A DNA stretch of 63,717 nt, the filler included, from Licmophora abbreviata (Eukaryota): assembly GCA_900291995.1 (NCBI GenBank). It is 10 parts of 10 records of this genome, joined end to end, with 100 filler letters (N's around TTAATTAATTAA, not from the genome) between each part and the next. Parts side by side here need not be neighbours in the genome. Positions count along the whole stretch, not along the records: positions 1 to 24,772 come from OLMU01003597.1; 9 more parts are not named here. One strand, written 5' to 3'. A program made the position numbers and the translations under genes. The notes under the pieces are model-generated. The model worked only from the letters and a program-made list of their open reading frames with translations. It searched no databases and was not told the DNA's origin. Positions 11,043-21,239 of this stretch are shown one piece after another; the first letter of the stretch is position 1, and every line of letters begins with the position of its first letter.

Positions 11043-12953
11043 TTACGACTGCCCTCGAAGGTCGCGCCATGGTTGGGGGAACATTGCGTCCGGGATTCCG
11101 ATAGGATGCCGAAAGGCCCCGGGTGTGTGCATATCACTGCTATACGGCGCGTCGACGAACGTTATCGCATAATGAGGAATGTTCTGGATTTGCAACACCT
11201 CGTCTTGTATTGTGACATCTGCGGTGTAGTTGTAAAGAAATCCGTCCGATAGCTTATCTGATCGATCGAGAATGTCGCAAAGAAACATTCTGAGTCCGTA
11301 GAACTCGTGCACGTCGATCGGCCCAACCCAAATAAGTATTTCTGTGCCATCCGGTGTTTCTCGTGGGTTTCCGTCTTCGACTTCGCCCGTCTCGATGAAG
11401 CATGCCGTCTGAACTCCAGTTGGATAATTCGAAGTTGTTCGTTCAGCTTTTGTCTTGTAGGGTTTTGACTTGTATTGCGACTTCAGGTCATCCGCTCTCA
11501 ACGGCCAAGGCGTATTGTCAGAGCGCGTGCCTTGCCAAGCACTCATGTATTCCTCCCAGGCGTGAGCCCAGTCTTGACCATAATCGATGAAGATTTCCTC
11601 GCCTTCTTCGATGTCCCGCGTTGCCACAACCTCCAGAACGATCTGAATATGACGGTTCCGTTCAAGCCCGACTAAGTCGTACGGGTGGTAGTCAGCGAGC
11701 CCCGCATGATTGCCCCATTGTTCACTGCTAGCCCACTGCACTTTTGCATTCGCGCCCTCGTCCGTAGACTTGTGGTTAATGAGATTCACCATCCCTCCAA
11801 CCGGAAGCAAGAGCAAGCTCGATTCTGGGTGGCCGTAGCAGTAGTTGACGGCAATCTGTTGCCCGATGGGGCCAATGTCCAGGTTTGGAATAGAAAACGA
11901 CCCTCTGCCCACTTGGAGTTGGTATACGTCCATGACTTCCTTTTCAGGAATGTGCAGCATAGGCATGGGCGCAACGATCGTATCCTTTACGAAAGCATGG
12001 GTTGCAAAGGCGCCTCGCCCAGCTTCGTGAATCGTCGATTGTCCAGGATGCAAGTTGTCCATGCAGATACCATGTGTGTGAAGCCACTCTTCGGACTTGA
12101 CGAGATCGTAGTTACGGTACGCAAAGGTTCCGCCGGCATCCTTTACTTTTTGCAGCTTTCCAGGATGTGTCGGAAGCAGTGAACGAATCACCTTGGCATG
12201 AGCGCCGGCAGCCGTGTCAAGAATCTTGCCCAGGATAAAGTCCATGACGTCCTCTTTCAGCTGCGGTGCCATGTATCCGTCGTGATCTTTCATGAACTCA
12301 ATGAGTTTGCCAAGCACGCGGTCGGCTTCCATGTAATCCCATCTCGTCAGCTTGTCTTGGTAAATGTCGTCTGTATGATTTCCGTCCCAGACTTCGCCGA
12401 AATTTGCGAAAAGTTCCATTCCAGCCTTGATCTGTTGCGTTGCCCGCATAGTAAGATTATAAATTGGAGTCACAGCGCCTCGGGCGGGATGAGGCACCCC
12501 GGGTCGGAGCTCTTTTTGGCGGGCGCGCAACAACACTGATGATTGATCCCAATCGACGTTGTGCGTCCCGGAATGAAAGTTGGCCAGCATTCCATTCCCC
12601 GGGATAACAAGAACGGTACTGTGATTTGCCTCAAAGTGTGCTCCTCCATATTCCCCAGTCCAGCAGTACCCTTCCAGATAGTCTACAATCATGGCATCAA
12701 TATTGCGTTCCCGATTCCAATCGACGATGAAATCCAAGAGAGGAATGGCGATCTCAGGATTTCCGATCGTCGCGTTCTCGCTGTAGCTTACGCCCGCGTA
12801 CAGACCCAATTTCGGTTCTTCTTCGGTCGACGTGGATGAGGGAGCCATCCACACGCGACACGCCGCAGATCTCTCAGCCGCGGCGATCGGTAGCAGCAGG
12901 ATGGCGACCAATGCCACGGTTGATCGGGCACGGGTCATGATCGGAGACGACAT
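11043..12953 (-). CDS. Signal-peptide twin-SET domain protein, BacSET-like paralog of 6035..8027
   Basis: CRVWMAPSSTSTEEEPKLGLYAG, GMELFANFG, STIHEAGRGAFA, NYCYGHPES, NLINH, EEIFIDYG, FRHPIGIPDAMFPQPW. Collinear with the first copy. Likely ATG at 12953 or 12938. Confidence 0.85.
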   Translation of the reverse strand: MSSPIMTRARSTVALVAILLLPIAAAERSAACRVWMAPSSTSTEEEPKLGLYAGVSYSENATIGNPEIAIPLLDFIVDWNRERNIDAMIVDYLEGYCWTGEYGGAHFEANHSTVLVIPGNGMLANFHSGTHNVDWDQSSVLLRARQKELRPGVPHPARGAVTPIYNLTMRATQQIKAGMELFANFGEVWDGNHTDDIYQDKLTRWDYMEADRVLGKLIEFMKDHDGYMAPQLKEDVMDFILGKILDTAAGAHAKVIRSLLPTHPGKLQKVKDAGGTFAYRNYDLVKSEEWLHTHGICMDNLHPGQSTIHEAGRGAFATHAFVKDTIVAPMPMLHIPEKEVMDVYQLQVGRGSFSIPNLDIGPIGQQIAVNYCYGHPESSLLLLPVGGMVNLINHKSTDEGANAKVQWASSEQWGNHAGLADYHPYDLVGLERNRHIQIVLEVVATRDIEEGEEIFIDYGQDWAHAWEEYMSAWQGTRSDNTPWPLRADDLKSQYKSKPYKTKAERTTSNYPTGVQTACFIETGEVEDGNPRETPDGTEILIWVGPIDVHEFYGLRMFLCDILDRSDKLSDGFLYNYTADVTIQDEVLQIQNIPHYAITFVDAPYSSDMHTPGAFRHPIGIPDAMFPQPWRDLRGQS

Positions 12954-13350
12954 GATCAGTGCCAGTTCTCGGCCAAAAAAAAGGAAAGCGGTCAAGAGAA
13001 ACAGAGTTTCTCGACGAGCATAGAGTAGCGCTTCAAAGTTCTCAAAACTCTCCTGCAACAATGCTTCCTCAATGCAATCGCATCGCGGGTTTGTCAACTG
13101 TGAAGTCTCGAAGCTCGAAGTCTCATCTTGCGTCGTGTTTGGAGTTTGGAATTCGCCGTTCGGAGTTGTTCACGGGTGCCGGCCAGATCACCTCAGACTC
13201 TGTAGATTTTGTACTGGTTCCAGCGTAGAAAACTGCCAAACTTCAACTTGGAATCTTTCCCGCGCCCTCCGTTTTTCTTCGTCACTTCGTCATCACATCC
13301 GCATAGCGTCCATCATTCTGTGACAACAACAAACACTGACGAGGACGACG

Positions 13351-13611
13351 ATGATGAAAGTTACCGCCATTGCCCTTCTCGCTGCTGCTTCCTCGGCCAG
13401 TGCATTTGTCCCTGCCGCCTTTTCACGAGGTGCTTCCGTGTCGACACAGATCTTTGCGGACCCATCACCAGAACAAGAGGAAGGGGGGCTCGACTTGGAT
13501 TTGGGTGAGATGTTTCAAATGTTTGACGCCGCCGACAAGGAAGAAAGTTTTGATGATGCGGTGAAGAAAGTCAAAGAAGAAGGGAAACAAGATGAAAAGG
13601 CGAAGAAATAG
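13351..13611 (+). CDS. Small plastid-targeted protein of unknown function
   Basis: Textbook signal peptide + ASAFVP + transit peptide, then a ~50 aa charged mature part. Confidence 0.8.
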   Translation: MMKVTAIALLAAASSASAFVPAAFSRGASVSTQIFADPSPEQEEGGLDLDLGEMFQMFDAADKEESFDDAVKKVKEEGKQDEKAKK

Positions 13612-13965
13612 ATCCCTAAGGCTTGAACATGACCACGCTTCGTTCTCACTAAAGGGAGAAGGCGGGCCTTGTCAGTCGGCTGATATCGATGAACGATCGG
13701 ACTTGATTGAGAGCCCACATTTGTCGTCGTATAAAGGCGAGACTAATGGGTCTAACGCTCGTATAGAGGGTATTGCAGTCTGTATCTTGTTATGTCTCAC
13801 CCTAGAGCAATCGAGTGGCGAAGCAACCCTCGTCCCCAGCGCCCTCGCTTTACTCTGGCTGGACTCGTGCAATCGTCATCTCTTTTTGCGTAGCTCACTA
13901 GCGATGCCGCCTTCTCGAAGCCTTCTTCAAGGCGCAACTGCCATCCACTTTCGTTGTTCTAGATC

Positions 13966-14379
13966 TTACATTGGCACAGGGGGTACGTCGTCGAGTGGAA
14001 TCAAGTCTCGGGATGCAAGCATGAGTGGGATCAAAAACAAAACTGGCAGGAGCGATAAGATCGTGTAGATAATGACACGCGTCTGCTTCGGGTCGGAAAG
14101 GTCTGGGTTAAGGACGTCATCGGCAATCTCTCCTTGGCTTAGAAAGGGTGCTACTTGTTTGTTCTCGGTATTTTCAACCGTCGTTGTCGTTTCGTCTTCG
14201 TCGACTAGTTCCACGACGCCTTCCTCGTCCGCAGCCATGTAAGGCACAAACACGTGTGTTGATCTTGTCAATGTGGGAGCAACACTGTGAGGATTGACCA
14301 TGAACGCTTCTGTCATTCCCGAGTAAGAAAGTTGTAGAAAAAGCGCAGCTGCCAACACGAAGCGAATCAAACTCATCAT
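13966..14379 (-). CDS. Small plastid-targeted single-TM protein of unknown function
   Basis: Signal peptide + TEAF motif, acidic segment, TM VIIYTILSLLPVLFLIPLML. Confidence 0.72.
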   Translation of the reverse strand: MMSLIRFVLAAALFLQLSYSGMTEAFMVNPHSVAPTLTRSTHVFVPYMAADEEGVVELVDEDETTTTVENTENKQVAPFLSQGEIADDVLNPDLSDPKQTRVIIYTILSLLPVLFLIPLMLASRDLIPLDDVPPVPM

Positions 14380-14930
14380 GACAAACTTTCTACAACAGAG
14401 GGGCTCTTTCTCTGATCTGCACGCGGTGGCTTTTAGGGAAGCGTAAGGAAGCAACCGGGTCGAGCTATGAAGGTCGGTTGTTTAGTCACCACTTGGCGTC
14501 GAACGATGGTATCAGAGAAAGGCACAGCATGACATCAGTCGGCCAGCAACAACACCACATCAGTTTAGGCGGACATCTCATCGCGGAAGGAGAATGCGAT
14601 GACGTACTTCCGAAAATGCATCTATCCATACACGAGGATGGTTAGAGCGTATGCATGACAGTGTGAATCAAATCTTGTCTCACAATTTGCTCAAACCTTG
14701 CGATACCTGCCGCGTGGCGAATTGTAGGTACCCATGACTGCAGGGAAGAAATGGACCTCTTCATTCTGGTTGCACTGCCGTTTCAAAGTATTGCATCGAC
14801 AGAGCCTCGTGATAACACGTGGATTCGTGGCCCTCTTTTCGATACGGCCAATCCTAGTTGTTTCTCCTCATTTCCGCGACCAGTCAGTCATCAAGCATCA
14901 AAAGTCGTTCGCTGAAACAGGATACAGGTC

Positions 14931-15923
14931 ATGACTTTTCCTCGCATATCGGCAAATTCCCTATGGCTTTGTTCACTTATTCTCTTCATCAATTTGACAA
15001 AAGTGCGGGGTCGGGCAAGAATATGCGCTCATCTCAAGGGCAACTTGCACTGCGAGCAGGGCAATACAATGGTGCTCGAGTCACACGAACTCAGCGAAAT
15101 CGCAAGCATCGAGCCGTTCATTCATTTGGGATATAAGGAGACCGCTGAACTATCAAAAGTCACGTCCAATGACCCAGTGCTAGCATTGATTTCGCAGCTT
15201 GGTCAATCAGCTCTGGCCGATGAGATTGAAGTGCTCGAGGAAGTGTGTTATGATGCATCATGTAAGGACGACCACCGGTGGCTCCCCGGATTTCAAGAAT
15301 TCTTGGAACATTATATGAAGTTTCTTCAGATCAATCTGTGCACGTTGTATTGTGTACTGCTGGCCTCTTATCCACTTGTCACTAAAAGCATTACCGCAGC
15401 CTTCATTGGCGGAGCCGGAGATGTGCTTGCACAAGTTGTCGAAATCAACGCGCTTGGTAGACAAAAGCAAGTCAGACACGCAAGAAGATTCCATTTCAGA
15501 CGCACTTTTGCTATTGCAGTGGAGGGCATGTGTATCTCGGGTCCACTAATGCACTACGCGTACGACATGCTGGAGCATGCCGTGCCAGTTAAGACACCTG
15601 ATCCCGACGACGATCTATACGAGTGGCTTGCTGCTGCGTTTCATGTTTTTGTTGACGCCGTACTAATGGACACATTCTCGGTCGGGACAATTCTCGTAAC
15701 GACAGCCATTGTGGAGGGCAGACGACAGGATTTGACGCATGAATTGTGGCAAGACTACGTTCCGGCCGTAAAGGTATCCTGGGCATCGTCGCTCTGTTTC
15801 GCACCACTACAGTGTGCGCTATTCCGTTTCCTTCAAGTCGACTATCGCGTCTTGGCAATGAACTTTCAAGATGTTTTATGGAACGGCGCCATTAGTTACA
15901 TGGCGCATCGCTCTAAACACTAA
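14931..15923 (+). CDS. Mpv17/PMP22 family membrane protein
   Basis: YPLVTKSITAAFIGGAGDVLAQ, RRT, GPLMHYAY, Y.PAVKVSW, PLQ...F....DYRVL..N..DVLWN..ISY. Confidence 0.85.
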   Translation: MTFPRISANSLWLCSLILFINLTKVRGRARICAHLKGNLHCEQGNTMVLESHELSEIASIEPFIHLGYKETAELSKVTSNDPVLALISQLGQSALADEIEVLEEVCYDASCKDDHRWLPGFQEFLEHYMKFLQINLCTLYCVLLASYPLVTKSITAAFIGGAGDVLAQVVEINALGRQKQVRHARRFHFRRTFAIAVEGMCISGPLMHYAYDMLEHAVPVKTPDPDDDLYEWLAAAFHVFVDAVLMDTFSVGTILVTTAIVEGRRQDLTHELWQDYVPAVKVSWASSLCFAPLQCALFRFLQVDYRVLAMNFQDVLWNGAISYMAHRSKH

Positions 15924-15954
15924 ATAACTCTTCTTGCCCCTTAGAGAACACCAT

Positions 15955-16738
15955 TTACAATCCAAGCTCAGTAAGTCCGGGATGATCCTCAGGTCGCGGT
16001 TTATCCCAAGCCCAAAAGAATTTGCGATCAGCCTCGTCGATGGCGACATCGTTGATAGAGGCATGACGCTTCGCCATGAATCCGCTGGAGTCAAACTCCC
16101 AGTTCTCGTTGCCTGGTGATGGCAAGCCGATGAATGGTGTGTGAATGAGTTGGGTGCGCTTACTCCTCAGTTTTCAATGAAGCCATGCAAATAGAAGTCA
16201 AATGAGACTAACGTACCATGCGCTCGATACCACTGCCCGGTTGCATCATGATACTCGTAACAAAAGCGAACGGCTATACGATTGTCCGAATGCGCCCAAA
16301 TCTCCTTGATGAGGCGATATTCCTGTTCGCGCACCCACTTGTCAGATAGAAAATCGGCGATTTCATTGCGTCCGTTGACGAAGGTGGATCTATTCCGCCA
16401 TTGGGAGTCTACGGTATACGCCATTTTGACCTGCGAAGGTTCAAAGCCAATAGAATACATGAATTAGTCGTATGTATTCATGATCCACAGATGTTCGAAA
16501 GGCCGCAGTGTACCTTGTGAGGATCTCGGGTGCTCCAGGCGTTCTCAGCCATCCGGACTTTCTTGATGGCGTCTTCATAGGTAAACGGAGGGACAGGCGG
16601 TCTTGGAGTTTCAGTGCTACTAGTCGACATACTAGCGCGCTGAAATCGTTGATATGAGGTCCTGTGAAGAAATCTTTGTGGAGAACCGAGAGAACTTGAT
16701 CGGAGCCCAGCTTTTGTGAAAGACAGATAGAGTGTCAT
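15955..16738 (-). CDS. DUF1348 (SnoaL/NTF2-like) protein with presequence-like N-terminus (3 exons)
   Basis: RPPVPPFT...[66 protein letters not shown]. Introns 16431..16513 and 16113..16216 are phase-compatible. Confidence 0.9.
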
Positions 16739-17152
16739 GGAATGCAGCTTATGAGGATGAACTGTTTTTCGAGAAGTGAAATGAACACTAGCGAACAAGA
16801 TCCCTAAAACTGCTTGGGCGACATCAAAAGCATCCTCATTCCGTACTCACACCATCATCGTCCCCACTAAACACGGCGGCAGAGGGAATAGCGCGCGCCG
16901 CACCAAGCTCTCGGCAGCAATTTTGGTAGAACCCGGAAAGGCGTACGTCAGTTTGAAGTCAAAACCTCAAACGAAGAATACACTCTCACAAAAATGGCGA
17001 GACCGACGAAGACGACGACGCACACAACATCATCGAAGCAGAGCATCTTGTATCTTCATTGAGCTCTCTGTACTTGAATCTGCGTGTACGGGTAGACCCA
17101 AGAATGCTGTCAAGTGAGCAATCCTACAAATGCCTATAATCTCATCATTGGC

Positions 17153-18421
17153 ATGTCGCGTTCGAGTACCTCCCACCCGCCTTCCCCCGCGCTGATGGTC
17201 CCGCTCAATGTCAATGACTATCAGAGACTTGCCAAGCAAAAGCTTCCTCGCGCCTTGTACGAGTACTTGGCTTCAGGAACTGATGATGAGCAGACCCTAT
17301 CGGAAAACAAGACTGCTTTCAAGCAATGGTATCTCCGTCCTCGTGTCATGAGATCTGTTTCGAGTCTGTCCGTCAGAACGTCTCTCTTTGGCCAGCCCCT
17401 CTCGCTGCCAGTCTTTGTCTCGCCGGCTGGGGTGCATGCCTTGTGCGACAAGGACGGTGAGTGTGCGACTGCTAGAGCTTGTGGGACTGTCGGTACGATG
17501 TTCGGACTCTCCCAGCATGCCACTCGAACCATCGAGGCGGTGGCAGAGGCTGCTCCTGACACCAACCGATGGTATCAAGCGTACATTCTCAACGATAGAA
17601 AACTCACCGTGCAGCTGATCCAGCGTGCTCTGAAACATGGGTACAATGGTACGTTCATAATGGGATGTCTCTTAGATACAGCATTCTCCGTCAAGCCTAA
17701 CAATAGTGCTGAACGGAACTGAATCCCCGCATGCGATGCAGGCGTCTTCTTGACGGTCGACTCGGTTCGCTTCGGGTACCGTGAGGCGTATGCCAAGAAT
17801 GGATTCGACGCTCTTCCTCCTCCGCATAGACTGGTCAACTATGACGAGTACGATACCATGAAAACAACGTACAATGATGCAAAAGCCGATGCATGGGATC
17901 AGAACACGGAGCGAATGTTTCTCCAGGACGCCACATGGGACGACGTTACTTGGCTCAAACGGACGGCGTGTCCGGATGTTCCGCTGGTGATTAAGGGTAT
18001 TATGACCGGGGAGGATGCAATCCTGGCCGTCAATGCAGGTGCCGACGGCATCATGGTGTCCAATCATGGTGGACGACAGCTGGATGGAGCTCTACCGTCG
18101 ATCGATGTACTACCCGAGGTGGTTGCCGCGGTCGAAGGAAGAGCTCCGGTCCTATTGGACAGTGGTGTAAGAAGAGGAACCGATATTTTAAAAGCCCTTG
18201 CGCTAGGTGCGACTGCCGTTGGTGTGGGGAAGCCTGTCTTCTTTGCATTGGCGGTAGGGGGCGAGCAGGCCGTCGTGGAAATGTTAATGATGTTGAAGAG
18301 GGAGGTCGAAGCCGCCATGGCGATTTGTGGATGCCGCACTATTGCCGACATAAGTCCGAATCTTGTGACACGGCATCCCAGTGGTAGCGGCGCTGTATCC
18401 CACATTCGGTCAGCATTGTAG
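17153..18421 (+). CDS. FMN-dependent 2-hydroxy-acid (glycolate) oxidase (2 exons)
   Basis: LRPRVMR, WYQAY, TVDS..FGYRE, VIKGI, SNHGGRQLD, DSGVRRGTD. Intron 17649..17741. C-terminal RSAL is PTS1-like. Confidence 0.93.
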
Positions 18422-18503
18422 TGATTTGCATCGAACGAAAAAGGCAATTATCACCCTTTCTACATTGTACATTAGAAGCATTGCTGTGCGACGTTCAATA
18501 ACT

Positions 18504-19592
18504 CTATTTCGATTTGACCGCTGCGAGCTGTCGCCAGCGAGCAATATCTAGCGGCTTTCCAACCGCGTTGTCCTCGACGATACGACCCGTCTTACCATCG
18601 AGGACAACGAGTCGAGGAATTCCTGTTACCCGGATATGCGCCAGCAAACTCTCTCGAGCATCGTCGTCGAACGGCACTGCTACCCACGGCATGGACGCAA
18701 AGTAACTCTGAAATCCACGCTCGTCGTGATCGCACGAAAGAAAGACTACCTCAGTATACGTTTTTGCAACAACCGACTTGTACCAGTTGGCCAGCATAGG
18801 AGTAAACTGTCGGCATGGACCACACCAGTGCGCCGACGCGTACAATAGTACAAACTCTTTCCCGCCAAGCGCCTCTTCCAGCTTGACTGTACTGCGGTTG
18901 GGATTCTTGATAAGATTTCCATTTTCTAACCCATTAAATAACCTCTCAATTCCAGCCGAAAGCCCCAGTGCGGCGGCAGCTTCTGATGGAGACGAAAAGG
19001 GCATTTCCTGATGTGTGTTCGGCCGCAGCCGAAATTGATAACCAGACTTGCAAGTAAGATTCTTCTTTCGAACTTCGGTTCTTGAAAGCGACGATGAAAT
19101 GGTGGTCCACCAGGCGCCTCCTTCATTTTTCCTCATTTGGAGTTCATACCCGGATGAGTTGTTCGCAACACTTTCCCACGACACAAGTAATGCTTTATTT
19201 CCTGCTGGAGAAACTTTCGGTGCCGCCATACGACTGTCTTCTTCTTCTGGCGAGAGCAAGTAATACGGCTCGGAATGACTTATCCACGAAGTTACGTCCT
19301 CGCTATCAGTGTCTAGAACAGCACCCACTCGAAACGTAAAACCCGTCCGATTCGCATCGTCCAAATTACGCTTGCGGGCTTGCGTCGTGCTAAGTTTGCT
19401 CGAGAGCGTTTGAAACGCTTCGTCGTCGTTTTCAGTTACTTCTTCTGCATTGTGGTGGTTTCCTTTTCGATATTGAAGCACATATCTACATGCGCCGGGA
19501 GTTTCAGGCCAGGACACTGTCAACGACGAAGACGTGGCGTCAATCAACGCAATCATCATTGTGTGATGTTTTGTGACTTTCTTTGCTGTCAT
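18504..19592 (-). CDS. Nucleoredoxin/tryparedoxin-like thioredoxin with two N-terminal fibronectin type III domains
   Basis: FN3 signatures SLTVSW..Y.LQYR...NL...FTFRVGA and LLVSW..YELQMR...NL....YQFRLR. Trx domain has LYASAHWCGPCRQFTP, EVVFLSCD, MPWVAVPF, GIPRLVVLD. Confidence 0.85.
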   Translation of the reverse strand: MTAKKVTKHHTMMIALIDATSSSLTVSWPETPGACRYVLQYRKGNHHNAEEVTENDDEAFQTLSSKLSTTQARKRNLDDANRTGFTFRVGAVLDTDSEDVTSWISHSEPYYLLSPEEEDSRMAAPKVSPAGNKALLVSWESVANNSSGYELQMRKNEGGAWWTTISSSLSRTEVRKKNLTCKSGYQFRLRPNTHQEMPFSSPSEAAAALGLSAGIERLFNGLENGNLIKNPNRSTVKLEEALGGKEFVLLYASAHWCGPCRQFTPMLANWYKSVVAKTYTEVVFLSCDHDERGFQSYFASMPWVAVPFDDDARESLLAHIRVTGIPRLVVLDGKTGRIVEDNAVGKPLDIARWRQLAAVKSK

Positions 19593-19977
19593 AGTGTTGC
19601 TGTGTGATGGTTCTGGGATGAGATGAGACGCGATGAGAGCGCGGTGAACTCTTCGAAGAAGATCTCAAATCACAAAAGTCAGTCACGAGTGCTGTCCCGC
19701 ATCGGGCGATCGTGAGTTGAGAGTGAATCGAGTCCCGAATCCCAACAGAATAGCTCGCGAGAAAAACTTCTCTTTGTTCTTCTGATGTGATGCCAATCGC
19801 ATCACAACTATTTCATCCTTCAACTCACCATGACACTTGATACAACAATGCAACAGAGCATCTCACTGCTAAAATGCCCTCGAACACCCAGTCACCAAAA
19901 CTGCAGAGGCCACGATCAATGCACCGCGCTCGAGGAAAACGCAGCAGGCCTTTCGACACTCTCCTGTTGTGTTGGCC

Positions 19978-20145
19978 ATGCTCAGCAGTAATCAGATGCA
20001 AGACTGCGCCCACGTACGACAAATATTCACCGAATGCATGACAACCAGATCAAACGATCGGATCTGTGATACCGCTTTATCCTACTATGATACCTGCATG
20101 AAGGTCGACCACCAACACGAGCAATATCGGGAGTCTACTTTTTGA
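19978..20145 (+). CDS. Small twin-CX9C (CHCH-like) protein, below the ORF-track length cutoff
   Basis: My translation: MLSSNQMQDCAHVRQIFTECMTTRSNDRICDTALSYYDTCMKVDHQHEQYRESTF*, i.e. C-x9-C-x9-C-x9-C. Confidence 0.65.
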   Translation: MLSSNQMQDCAHVRQIFTECMTTRSNDRICDTALSYYDTCMKVDHQHEQYRESTF

Positions 20146-20414
20146 TCGCTGGGACAGATATGTCGTCGTGGAAGTGCCAAAATTAATCTCTGCTCCACTC
20201 TGCAATACTGTAATACGAAGGAGCCTTTCCTAGATGCTCGCTCAGAAAATGTGATTTTGTGCATGGAATGTGTGATGGCGACTATGTAAACTAAAGAATA
20301 ACAGAATTGATGGACTAGTCATTTGAAAGAAAGAATCGTAATTTCTAAGCTGGCAGCTCTCTTGCCGATGGTACAGTAACCGACACGTCCATCGCACCCC
20401 AAGTGAAGATTCCC

Positions 20415-20984
20415 TCACTCGGTTCCTTCATATTCCGCTTCGTCGTCGTCCAAGGGAACTGCGAACCTCTGCTCCAACCCCGGCGGGCCATCAAACGGCT
20501 GGCTACGAGCCGCGGCCATTCTCTTCGACTGTTCCATCATCTTGCGGAAGCGCGACGGTTGACGACCTGGATTTCCACCGAGATTACCACCGCCCATGAA
20601 CATCGCTTCCTCGTCCGCTTCCTCCTGAAAAGCATCTCGCTGTTGCTGTTGCTGCTGCTGTTGCAAGAACAGTCGGCCTGCGTCCGTGTTCATTCGCTCC
20701 TCTTGGCGCTTTTCAAAAGCTTGACGAGACTCTCTAAACTCTTGATAAGCCTCATCAGCATCTTCTTGGTCGCCAGCATCCCCGCCCAAGCTGTCCAAGA
20801 AATTGTCGTTTTTCCATCCCGGGCCACCACTGCTGCTCATCAGCAATTCGGTGTGGACGATGCTGCCACTTGCGCCCAAGATGTTCATCTTTTCAATTAC
20901 AAATGCACAAGAGCCATGGTAGTGACCATTCCCAAGAAGGAATGCAGCCAAGGTGAACGCATGAAACTTCAGTCTCATCATCAT
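20415..20984 (-). CDS. Probable plastid-targeted low-complexity (polyQ, acidic) protein
   Basis: Signal peptide + SCAF motif, Q8 tract, E/D/G/M-rich mature region. Confidence 0.65.
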   Translation of the reverse strand: MMMRLKFHAFTLAAFLLGNGHYHGSCAFVIEKMNILGASGSIVHTELLMSSSGGPGWKNDNFLDSLGGDAGDQEDADEAYQEFRESRQAFEKRQEERMNTDAGRLFLQQQQQQQQRDAFQEEADEEAMFMGGGNLGGNPGRQPSRFRKMMEQSKRMAAARSQPFDGPPGLEQRFAVPLDDDEAEYEGTE

Positions 20985-21084
20985 TGACGTGAATTATGGC
21001 TGGGAAGTGCGCCGCTGCTCTCATCAGCGGAACTTTCAAATTCTCGCGATGCTCCGTTTGTGTCCGACTTTGAAGTCGCGGATA

Positions 21085-21092
21085 TGACGTCA
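21085..21092. promoter_or_regulatory. TGACGTCA palindrome (bZIP/aureochrome-type core) upstream of the Lhcf gene
   Basis: Perfect palindrome ~150 bp before ATG 21240, in a divergent promoter. Function is inferred only. Confidence 0.3.
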
Positions 21093-21239
21093 TTCCACGA
21101 TCGATCTTCCAGCTCGAGGTCTACCTCACTCAGAGCTCGTGTTGTTGAAGGTATCTTTTTCCGCCGTCCCTACATTCGAACATGCAAGATATCCGATCAC
21201 CGCTCACTTTTTCGTCTCAACCAAATCCTTTTTGCAACC

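Noticed and set aside
20403..20987. Long antisense ORFs (also 24988..25794, 37288..38061, 52239..52856)
   Set aside because: They are shadows of well-supported genes on the other strand and have no motifs of their own.
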